This document shows positions 53,956 to 64,000 of a stretch of 64,000 nt of DNA, in pieces. The position numbers were made by a program, and so were the translations under genes. Each line of letters begins with the position of its first letter. Position 1 is the stretch's first letter. The notes beneath the pieces were generated by a model. It searched no databases, had not been told where the DNA came from, and saw only the letters and a list, made by a program, of their open reading frames with translations. The stretch covers positions 100,502,001-100,566,000 of the forward strand of contig NC_086374.1 in assembly GCF_036588685.1 (NCBI RefSeq), read 5' to 3'. The stretch is from Mytilus trossulus (Eukaryota).

Positions 53956-54047
53956 GCGACTTTCATACAAGTGAGAGGTTTAGCTAGCTATAAAACCAGG
54001 TTTAATCAACCATTTACTACATTAGAAAATGTCTGTACCAAGTCAGG
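53956..54047 (+). ncRNA. Twister-like fold, family 3; T1 ACC/GGU, T2 AC/GU; P5 3' strand decayed
   Basis: GUGA-GA-GGU-UUAGCUAGCUA-UAAAACCAGGUU-UAA-UCA-AC-C...G-UCUG-U-ACC-AA-GU-CAGG. Confidence 0.55.
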
Positions 54048-57000
54048 ATTAAGGAATTTGATATCCATTCGTTTGATGTTTTTGAGCTTTTGAATTTTCC
54101 ATTTGATTAGAGACTTTCCGTTTTTAATTTTCCTCTACTTCTTGTTTTCTAATCCCACGGTTAATTGCGGTTTGTATTAGGAATACCAATATCCCCATTC
54201 GGCAGTGAAGGACCCTGCTAAATAAGAATTCTGTTTGATTTTATGGGATGTATCATTGTTTTAAAAAGACTGTCTTTTGTTTTGTTTCATTTTTAGGTTA
54301 TTGTCTAATTGATATATACGGTACATTTCTTTAAGAAATAGCTAATTGCAAAACACGTCTAAATTCCATAGGTATAAGAAGATGTGATTGAGTGCCAATG
54401 AGACAACTAATTATCCAAGACACAATGTTGTAAAATTGTGAACAATTATAAGTCAAAGTGCGGCCTTCGATCACATTAAAGAATAGACGCAAAAACATCT
54501 GATTAATTTCGGATCAACTGTTTTGTTGCGACATATCTTACTCTCTACACATTACGATTTTTTTCTGAAAATGGCAGTAAGAATTGTTAATCTGACTTTT
54601 ATTGCATCCTTTTAGACCCTACAAACTCTTATACATTGTGTACATGATAATTAAGAAACTATTTGCTAAATGTGTCACAAACAGCATATGTAAGAGAAAA
54701 AAGGGGCGAAAATACCAGAGGGACAGTCAAACTCAAAGATCGACAGCAAACTGACAGCGCCAAGGCTAAAAATAAAACAGACAAATAAAAGTACATATGA
54801 CACAACATAGAAAATTAAAGACTAAGCAACACAAATCCAACCAAAATCTTGTGGTGATCTCAGGTGTTCTGAAAGGGTGAGCAGATCCTGCTCCACCTAT
54901 GGCATCCGTCGTGTAGCGCATATCAAATGCAATTTGTCGTTATAAATTATGAACTAGGGATATCCTGTTATTGCCGAATGGTTTAGGCAACAACGTTTTT
55001 TAAAGAGTTTGCCCAAGATGTAAAAAGTCGGGCGTAAAAGACAATTATAGCCTCCTCGTTGATATTCAACGAATCATTGGGTTAAAACGACTTTTTTTGG
55101 GTTAAACGAAACATTAATTGACATTTTTTGCTACAGGTGCATCCAAGATTTCACTTAATTTGACTAATTACAGTAAGACAATACTTGCTTTAAAAAATGC
55201 TTACTATTCCAGAGTATGTCCTAGTGTACTAAGTTTTATGAATGTCCTGTGTTTTAGTTATTTGTATTGAATTAGTTTGTATTAAAAGTCAACTAACTAG
55301 TGTTAGTACTATTGAACAGATATAAGGGTTATCTCTCCTTGACATAAAATCAGTACAAAAGCAGTACTTGCACAGCCAAAAACACACATAAAAGCAAAGG
55401 AATACGTCTTTTTTTTCCTAGTATATGTGGCCTTCAAAATGGAACAAAAATACATCTTAAATCAATGCCACTTTAATATGGCCCTTAGCACCGGTTTGAG
55501 CGGAATTCTTTGCAAAATAATTTTGTTTAATCTGTGAAATCTTGCAAAGCCATATCATGCCCGTCAATAAAATCATACTGGAAATCGGTACATATTTCAA
55601 ACAAAATAGGTGTAAAAATTAAACCAAGTAGAACAAATTTTGGCTATAAGACATCTTCAGAAAAGACATTTATCAAGTATGAAAACACGTATGGAAAAGA
55701 AGGTTCAATGAAGGTGATACATTTGAAATACATATCAAATATAAGAGATTGTTTGTTTTTAATTAATAACAGGTTAAACCATTATATGTCTCATTATACT
55801 TAAGACTATATTTTATAAGAGTCATTATGCTCGAAGAAAGAAAGCTTTTATATTATCAACTTTGTAACGAAAAAGACATAAGACTTATGGTGAAGAGGTT
55901 GTCATCTCAGACAGCAAGTCGAACATAAGACTTCATAAGAGATAATGGCTGAAACATAGAAAGGCAAATGACTTTTTCTATCACTTTTTATACTGTCAAA
56001 CTCAATGAATTGATGTTGTACCTCTAGTATAATGTCTCCCTCCACTTCTCAAAGCATATTGTTTCTATTCTGTCCTCTTGACCCTGAAATGCAGAAACTT
56101 AACCTCTTAAAATATAACAGTCAATTTCACTAATGCATCCAATGTGACAAAGGAATATCTTTTAACATGAAATAATTGGTGCAACATTTCTTAATTAAGC
56201 TTTGTTAAACACCTCTTGAAGACTACGTAGTGACTCACATGCTTTCATTACGCGACTCCTCAGTAACTTTCGGAAATCGAAAAAATTCAATAAATTTGAT
56301 CCCTGTAGAGTCATAAATCTCTAAGACGTATCCGGAATTTAATCAACATGAATAGCATCAGAAACTTGCTTTTCTTTGATGTCAGTATTGATATAGCTCG
56401 TATAAATCACCAGTACGGAAACTATTGCAATCCACCCGATCAAATAACGATTACGTTGTAGTATTTACACGATAGAACGTAGCTAATCTAGGCTGGATTT
56501 GTAAAGGTCTGCACATATATATAACCTTGAAGTAAGGAACATTTAAGCAGGATTTGTCGATTTTACCTGATTTTAATATAGATGGTAGCGGGGATCATGT
56601 TTTTATCTAAATTGAATGTGTTTCATGATTTAAAAAAACCTTAAACGGAATGAATGAAATTAATTAATGATTTGGGAACTTTAAAGACAATACTTAGAAA
56701 AGACAGACGACATGTCATATGTAATTAATACATATAATTGTATATACACGAACTCAGATTAGATCAAGATAACAGAAAAAAATAAATGTAGTCCGGTATT
56801 TTTTACCGTCACACAGAAGTAACAGAAATAATTTCACATCACAAATAAAAATGGCAGAGTTGTCATTATCAATCTACAACGAAAAATCAATGTCAATGGC
56901 AGTTTAATTCAGATATCTGAATTGTGTGTACATAAAAATTGTACAAATCGGATTGTTACTTCCTCATTGTAACTCAAAAATAATTAAGCGTATATACAAA

Positions 57001-57974
57001 ATTTAGTCCTGGTATCTATGATGAGTTTATATAATTAAGTATATTATATCAGGGGCGGATCCAGGATTTTGATAGGAGGCATAGTTCCATGAAACGAATT
57101 ATTTTGTTTTGGACGATTTAATGATAAAAAATGATATAAGTATGTTCAATTCAACGGAGCGTACACTCTTCATCCCCTCTCTTATTAATCCCGACCAACT
57201 GTGACTTTATCACATTATTGTCAAATTTCGTTTTACCATTCCTATGTAGAAAAAAAACACCAAAATGATGCAATGCAATAAATGAAAATGAATAATCCAC
57301 ACGCATGGTAATTTTAATCCAACAAAGTTCTGGCTTACCGATAATGTCATTGTTAGGTTTTGGCATTTATTACCAGACAAGACACCAAAAATCTGTAAGT
57401 TAGTATGTGTTACTTTTGTGAATTGATGGTTGTGCTTCCTGCCCATCTGATATGTCAAACCCTTTCTATTTGCTTATAGTGTGTTGTTATGTTCTGCTGT
57501 TACACCACTGTTCAAGGTGAGGGGCAGTTGAGCAATAGTCTGACGTAAATTTATTTTTTGCAATTGATTTATTATAAAACAGACCGTTTTGTCGTTCGAA
57601 TTCTACAATTTGTCATGTCGTAGCGTGTTATAGCTTACAATACGGTTTTTGACTTCGAGCATTGCTGAAAGCCATTCGTTGGTCTATGTCGAATTACGCC
57701 ACAAAATGGTTCTTTCGGAGATCACCTGGTTTTACTTTTAAATTATTATTTTTCTTCTTTCAACTGTACATGCTTTGGACTTGTTTATTCATCTCCAAAT
57801 AAGACCAACATTGAAGGTTGGGTGATTTCCATTTAAAATGATGTTGAATTATTATTGATTTACAACCGAGAGATAAATTCGATATTTTTCTGCTTGTTTT
57901 GACAAAATGAACAACATTGACTGCTGTTAGCGAACACACATCTTAAAATTTACTTTGATAAAATGGTTAAATAA

Positions 57975-58572
57975 ATCGGGAATGTACCATTGAACACAGA
58001 TGATGGCCTTTGTGACATTGCTTATCTACGACAAAAGTGACACAACCAAAATTTGCACTTGATTAAAGTTTTGTTGTAATAAGCATAAGCGTATAAGTAT
58101 TATACCATTTCCTTCAACCAAGCTTAAGCATTTTTTTTTTCATTTGTAAAGGGCATACCTCTAGAATGGTACAAGTGACGCTACTCAAATTCACACTTGA
58201 TCTATGTTTTGTGGTAATTAGCATTTTTGCTATAGTACTGGACAGGATCAAACTTCATTCTTCCCAAGTATTTCTTTATTTGAAACAAAGATAAATTCTG
58301 TCAATTTTTTAAAAGTGCAAATTTAACATGGACTTATAGGAGAAATCAATGTTGGTATTACACCTAGAACAGTAAAAGTGACGCCATCAAAACTCAAACT
58401 TGTTCTATATTTGTTGGTAATAAGCATTGTGTATAAGTTTCATAATATTTGGTTGAGCCTAACTAAAGTTAGAGAACAGAAACCAATTTTGGGACGTACG
58501 TACTGACGGACGGACGTACAGACGGACAAGGATAACACTTAAAAACCCCTCCCCTCAACTGGGGAATAAAAC
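57975..58572 (+). mobile_element. Helentron/HINE (DINE-1/pearl-like) element with internal tandem repeats
   Basis: Three decayed repeats of ...aaaagtgacgc.accaaaattcaaacttgat..tgttttgtggtaataagcat, then an (ACGG)n microsatellite at ~58493-58527 and a terminal cccc..gggg hairpin followed by aataaaa. Confidence 0.6.
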
Positions 58573-58853
58573 ATTATCACATTTTAATTTCTATTTTCAC
58601 TATTAATCATCTATAGCTATTGAGATGAACAATTTATTTTTGCCCTTAGTATGGCTTTCGCTTAAAATAGCTTCAAGTACTATACAAAAACTCAAGTACA
58701 GTTTATAATCCTACAAGTAACACAGTATTTACAGCAGTTAAATGAAAGCTTCGAGGAACCTGTTCCATCATTTGATGACAATTCGAATAATTTATTTGTT
58801 AATCATATGTTGATTTTTCAGTTTCTTTCTGTCAACTACAGTTTCCTCCGAAA

Positions 58854-58888
58854 CCCCCCCCCCCCCCCCCCCAAAAAAAAAAAAAAAA
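58854..58888. repeat. C19-A16 homopolymer junction
   Basis: Read directly. Confidence 0.9.
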
Positions 58889-59040
58889 GTTTGGTAAAAA
58901 TTGTAATTCAAAGGCACTATTGCTATACAGAGTCGATTGATGATTTTGATCATGTTGACCTGACGTAATTTAGCTGATTATTCTATATGTTTCAGAGAGA
59001 AAACTAAAGTTTCTGCACAAAAGTCATTTAACAATCTTCA

Positions 59041-59117
59041 TACATACAGAATGTGGCGGGGCTAAATATGTTAGCCGGATCTCAACCCTCTCCCTTACCT
59101 GGGGCAGTGGTGTAACA
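59041..59117 (-). repeat. Fragment of family-2 repeat with 5' half of twister-like fold
   Basis: Minus strand: CCACUGCCCCAGG-UAA-GGGA-GA-GGG-UUGAGAUCCGG..AACAUAUU-UAG-CCCC-GC-C-ACAUUCUGU. The P4 half is missing. Confidence 0.55.
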
Positions 59118-61774
59118 CGAACTATTAAAATCAGTTGAAAAAGGCTTGACGTGTCGTTTGTAAAAAAAAATAATGAAAATCAAAAAGGGCATACTTCTGA
59201 AGCTCTATCCTTCTCGAGCTATCTTTATATTTAGATAATATTAATCTTGTATAGTAAGATTCCTATAACAAATAACAGCACAGCTTATCTAATTATATTG
59301 TTAGAAGAAACCAAGTCAAAATGACGTATTCACTGGTTACGATACACACAAAAAAAGACACCAGTAGAATAAGTTCGTTTCGGAAAAAAATCTTATTTAC
59401 AATCACGGAATATTCTTCTGTAACGGTCTTTGTAAGTGGTGGTTGTTAAAGAGTTTAGAATTTCATTTTTATTTTGCTTTAAGTTTGTTATGATTAAGAG
59501 GGAACATTGGCAGATTTTATAGCTGAAAGGTGACAGTTTTATACCCTTTTCTTTGGCATGTTGTAATTACTGATCCACAACAAGAGATTTGAAAATCATG
59601 TTATCCTGTTTTGTAAGGAAGTATATGTCAATTATGGAGTTTACTAATCAGGCTAGTCTTGTACGAGCTGTCATTTTGAAGTCTTATCGTTGATCAAATT
59701 ATGCTTTGACTGGCGAAGGAATTATTTTTTATACAATCATACTATAACGGCAATAAAGCTGCTCACTGTGAAATAAACCGCGATTTTTGTTCACAATATA
59801 AAATACATAAAATTCAAAATTTTCTGACTTTGAAATTAAACACAGATGTTGGTTTTATGTTCTACATGACATGCGATTTTATTAGATTTGTCATGACACT
59901 GTAACGTTTTTTTTTCTGTCACATACTTCAGATTTTATGCCGCTGTTATTATAATTTTCTGTCTGGGGTCAATTTCAATTTTGTTTCAGCAAACTGTAAT
60001 GTTCTTATATAAGGGTCGATGTTAAAATGTATCGCCAAACTTTACGGTGCTTATCCGAAACTAGATATATTATTTGTTTGAAGGTGAATGACTAGAATTG
60101 GCGTTGATGCATAACATACAATAAAAACACATCGTCGTCGTCACCATCGTTATCGTCGCCACCAACTTCTTTTGTTTTGTGTTTTCATCATCCCCACCCT
60201 CATCTCAAATTTACACAGAAACATCATCAAATCATCGTCGTTTTCGTCATCGTCATCATCATTGAACAAGGATTTGCAAAATGTCTGTATCTTCCTCGGC
60301 TATCCGTCCTCATACACGGTTACTTATTGTCTGCATGTTGTTGGTTTTTGGTCAAACGCAGCTCATCTCCAAACAGAAAATTTCTTATGACCTAAGAAGG
60401 AATAGTAATATTACAGAATGACCTTTCTTGTGATACAATTCAACTCGAGTCAAATAAATGTCAAAAGATTTTTTTGTAAACAATCGATTTATTGCAGCGA
60501 ACGCAATGGCGCAATTTTAGACCCCATTTAAATATAACATTCAATTTGATTTGTTCAGTTTAATTTCAAATTAAAGATACGCTCTAATTAAGTTTTAAAT
60601 TGACGGAAATGGTCGTAAAATTTTAAAGAAAAGTTGATCTTGTAAATAACACTGTTTTCGACATCTGATAATGTAGTTCACACCAGTATATTATACTTAA
60701 ATGATAATAAAACCATCAAAACAGACGAACTTTAATATTAACCCTTTCCTAACGTGTAATTTGCATAATTGTAAACCACGGAATGTCGAGGCTAAATCCG
60801 ATGCGAGTCTGATGGTTACAATACCGCTGTACAAATACTTAGAGTCAGGCAAAATAGATTCATGTAATGAAAATTAAAAGTAGTTCACTAAATATACAAT
60901 ACAAAATTATATTAAGAACCACAGCTACATGCATTAGAAAAACAACGTTTAAGGATCGAATTTGAAAACATTATTTTCCAAATTGTTTCTGAATATTGAA
61001 CTGGTTTTAAAGTGATTGAAGCAGAACAATTCGACCCATTTCTTAATGCGTGTCCAAAATAGTGCATACAAGGCTCTTAATCACCTGTTAACAATGAACG
61101 TATTCTAAACTTACAAAACACATGCTTGTTTTAAATTCGCTTAAATGAAAATGGGAATTTTACGATTTTCGGAAAATAAACATGCAGTAAAAAATTAATA
61201 ACTGCCATCATATTCAAGCACTTAATAGCCACGTTAGAGATTTTATTCAAATTTTGACATTTACAGCTCATAAGAAATTGAGGTAAAGAAACAAGATACA
61301 AGTAGTGAGAAAAATTTAAACAATTGTTGGCTCTTAAAATTTGAAGTTTTATGTTTTAGTTGTTTTTTAATAGTCTTCCCGCCATTTGATCTCTCCCTAT
61401 TCATCTGAAGATATAAGCTATTTTGTTGGTATATCTGTTTCAGTATATTTGTTTGTTATTATTTATGTCGGTTTTACTGTCTCAAATGTTATTATTTTGA
61501 TTTATAAACTTATTTTTCAACAATTTTATGATTATGGTTTATTTAGGTAACTGTATTTCAACGTGTTGCATTATATCCACGAAATAATACATCTTAATAA
61601 ACAAAGCACTAAGTGACTGGAAGTTCTTACGTTTGAGGAAACAGTGTTGTTTTAATGGTTTTTGGACGAATTTTGTCAAGATGGTTTAGAAAAACACCAA
61701 ACACTATCAATTTGCATCAACTTTAAACTTTTCGAAAAGCACAAATATTTGAGCATGTACATAAGGAGCAGGTA

Positions 61775-62345
61775 AAAAGTAAAATCACAAAAATACTGAA
61801 CTCAGAGGAAAATCAATTTGGAAAGTCCATAATCACATGGCAAAATCAAAAAACAAAACGCATCAAAAACGAATGGACAAGAACTGTCATATTCCTGACT
61901 TGGTACAGGCATTTTCAAATGTAGAAAATGGTGGATTAAACCTGGTTCTATAGCGCTAACCCTCTCACTTTAATAACAGTCTCATCAAATTCCGTTACAT
62001 TTACATGATGCGTTAAATAAACAGTCACAATCAATAAAATAGTCAAAATATGGGAACATCAGTCATCATCGTATAACATTTTAACAGGACACAACAACAT
62101 CTACTATCTACGAACACTTGGATTGATTCGAGTGTCTGACGTCAGAAAAATTATATACGTCACATAAATTTGTCGTTCAATGTGCATACAATAGTTATCA
62201 AAAGTACCTGGATTATAAACAATTTTAAATTTTACATAGGCAATGAGCGCAGACAGGGTTAAAAAATCAAAAGTATGTAAGAATAAATTACAGAAATCAA
62301 ACTAGTCCAAAAGTTATACATAGAATTTATGAGAATCCAAAACTT
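61775..62345 (-). mobile_element. Abundant dispersed repeat family 3 (best copy); other copies at ~21355-21430, 35310-35455, 36315-36432, 36970-37400, 40885-41070, 44275-44385, 47020-47245, 53945-54135
   Basis: Shared block aaaagtaaaatcacaaaaatactgaactc...aactgtcatattcctgacttggtacaggcattttc...aatggtggattaaacctgg, seen repeatedly in both orientations. Confidence 0.85.
61882..61981 (-). ncRNA. Twister-like fold, family 3 (with P3 and P5)
   Basis: Minus strand: GACUGUUAU(P5)..GUGA-GA-GGG-UUAGCGCUA..AACCAGGUU-UAA-UCC-AC-C-AUUUUC..GAAAAU(P3)-G-CCUG-U-ACC-AA-GU-CAGG-AAU-AUGACAGUU(P5). Confidence 0.6.
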
Positions 62346-62692
62346 TTAAAAGGAACAATTTAACCTGCGGTCGTGATTTTGAACAGTTAGACCGCAGTTA
62401 TCAATTCCCTTTGAATCGTCTAGACTTAATTTTGAATTTATCACCAGAATAGAAATCAACTAATTATGCCAAGAAGTATGAAAAACAAAAAAAACTGGTG
62501 CTTAGTTAGATTTTAATATTTTAGAGGTAAAATAGAACTTTCACTGTGCAATTTCGATTTCACAGAAAAAATGTTTTTGTACAAAAACTGATTATGTGCT
62601 CGAAGGTAAGGCTCAAAGATATTGAGCGCAATTAAATCTTCATTATGTTAGGGTCTTTGACATATTCCCAGTTTTTCATTCTTAGTTTTATG

Positions 62693-63062
62693 TATAATTG
62701 ATTGGAAAGGTGTTCCTTTATTTATGCAAGAATTGAATGCTTCTTTTTGTAATTTAATTGGGGTGTAAAAGCGTTGACCGAAGTGCATTTAGCGCTTCAT
62801 TCTAAAAATTTGCGCACGGTCAACGCTTTTACAACCCTATAAAATTATAAAAAGAAGCATCCAATACTTATAATTATATTTTCTAGCTAGGATCACGAAA
62901 ACACTATTTTTAACACGGTTTTTACTTTATTGTCTTACCACGTGTTATCATAAATGATAAGTTTTATTGTGTAAGACAATTGATTAAGGAATAACACGTG
63001 ATGTGCAGTTAGCCAATCAGAATAACGTATTATAATGAAACATACATCTAATGTAATTATAA
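62693..63062. mobile_element. Non-autonomous element with ~50-bp-arm internal hairpin (62728-62869)
   Basis: atgcttctttttgtaattt..ggggtgtaaaagcgttgaccg / cggtcaacgcttttacaaccc..aaattataaaaagaagcat. Confidence 0.65.
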
Positions 63063-63110
63063 AGAATTGCATTAAGGTTAAAACACACTTCATAAAAGAT
63101 TATCCGTGCA

Positions 63111-63256
63111 AGCGCATTATTCCATACTAACACGTTAAAAGTTCTGTAAGCTTTCTGTCAGCGCATTATTCGATACCAACTGGTTAAGTTCTGTAAGCTT
63201 TCTGTTAGCGCATTATTCCATACCAACAGGTTAAGTTCTGTCAGCTTTCTGTCAGC
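63111..63256. repeat. Three tandem copies of a 47-49-bp unit
   Basis: agcgcattattccatac.aac.ggttaagttctgtaagctttctgt. at 63111, 63160 and 63207. Confidence 0.9.
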
Positions 63257-63524
63257 AAATTCACATACATTTGTTAATATATTGGTATTTTTATATTATT
63301 CGCTTATGTTATCTTTAATTTTTGTATTGCAATGTATCGAGGTAAGTTATTTTTATTGTAAGTACCTATTGTGACTAATGTAAATTTTGACATTGCACTG
63401 ATCGAGATTTAAAGAGTTCTTGATACAGATATTTTTTTTCCAATGAGAGTGATGCATGCATAGCAGAAGAGGCTTATCTTGGTGTCTCTCTCGGTCAATA
63501 AACTTTCAAGTATAATTAGTATAC

Positions 63525-63854
63525 TCAATAAAATTCGAAAGGAAATTGGGAATGTGTCAAAGCGACAACAACCCGACAATAGAGCAGACAACAACCGAAG
63601 GCCACCAATGGGTCTTAAATGTAGTGAGAAAATCCCGCACCCGGAAGCCTCTTTCAGCTGGCCCCTTAAAATATGTATACTAGTTCAGTGATAATGGACG
63701 TCATACTACACTCCGAATTATACACCAGAAACTAACATTAAAAATCTTACAAGACTAACAAAGTCCAGAGGCTCCTGACTTGGGACAGGCGAAAAAATTG
63801 CGACGAGGTTACACATGTTTATGAGATCTCAACCCTCCCCCTATACCTCTAGCC
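63525..63854 (-). mobile_element. Dispersed SINE-like repeat (family 1) carrying the twister-like fold
   Basis: A related tail (gtcgggttgttgtctctttga...cccatttctattctcaat) also occurs at ~7030-7090 in the opposite orientation. Confidence 0.65.
63763..63854 (-). ncRNA. Twister-like ribozyme fold, P5-type permutation (family 1)
   Basis: Minus strand: GGCUAGAGG(P5)-UAUA-GGGG(P2)-GA-GGG(T1)-UUGAGAUCUCAUAAACAUGUG-U^AA-CCUC(P2)-GU(T2)-C...G-CCUG(P4)-U-CCC(T1)-AA-GU(T2)-CAGG(P4)-AG-CCUCUGGAC(P5). This maps residue for residue onto the twister core UAA-P2-GCC...GCCGGUCCCAAGCCCGG...GGAGGG. Confidence 0.7.
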
Positions 63855-64000
63855 GTACTCAAACTCATTATACAACCAATCAAAATACGTGATTTGGTGT
63901 TCGAGCAGACATTTTGTACTCCAAATAAAGTTTAAGGACTAAGAGCGCGACTAGCCAGGCTAGTACTAATATATCAATTTAAGCTATCTTATATATAATT

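Noticed and set aside
63111-63256. Regular repeats as a possible CRISPR array (also 9425-9546)
   Set aside because: The units are head-to-tail without unique spacers, there are no cas genes, and the context is eukaryotic.
2274-63691. The many 60-115 aa ORFs in the track
   Set aside because: They have low-complexity F/I/L/K-rich translations typical of AT-rich non-coding DNA or repeats, many with non-ATG starts and no domains.

Overview
AT-rich eukaryotic (lophotrochozoan) genomic DNA. The repeat families suggest a Mytilus-like bivalve, though that is my inference. The window holds one protein-coding gene, the central-class Hox gene Lox2 (+ strand). Exon 1 is 610/667-1102 with MSSY and FYPWM, a 27,010-bp phase-1 GT-AG intron follows, and exon 2 is 28113-28405 with the homeodomain and Ubd-A peptide. 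Next come a nearly repeat-free ~3.6-kb putative 3'UTR and ~32 kb of repeat-rich intergenic DNA with no further gene. The other ORFs in the track are spurious, except a 5'-truncated LINE (8229-9423, -). A decayed Penelope-like RT fragment (~40.3-40.6 kb) is not in the track. The most interesting signals are non-coding. (1) Four dispersed repeat families carry a circularly permuted (P5-type) twister-ribozyme-like fold with covarying pseudoknots, in which P1 is replaced by a position-conserved palindrome. (2) Three families of minimal Penelope-type hammerhead ribozymes occur, one copy intact and sense inside the Lox2 intron. (3) A CpG-containing octamer, AACGAGAA, is repeated five times (plus two 7-mer variants) in one orientation in the Lox2 3'UTR, like target sites of an unidentified miRNA. 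(4) The LINE 3'UTR has a duplicated, covarying RNA structure. (5) The Lox2 promoter has a perfect DR4 nuclear-receptor element, and a similarly built antisense promoter candidate lies in the intron. Everything was read by eye; no searches or folding programs were run.
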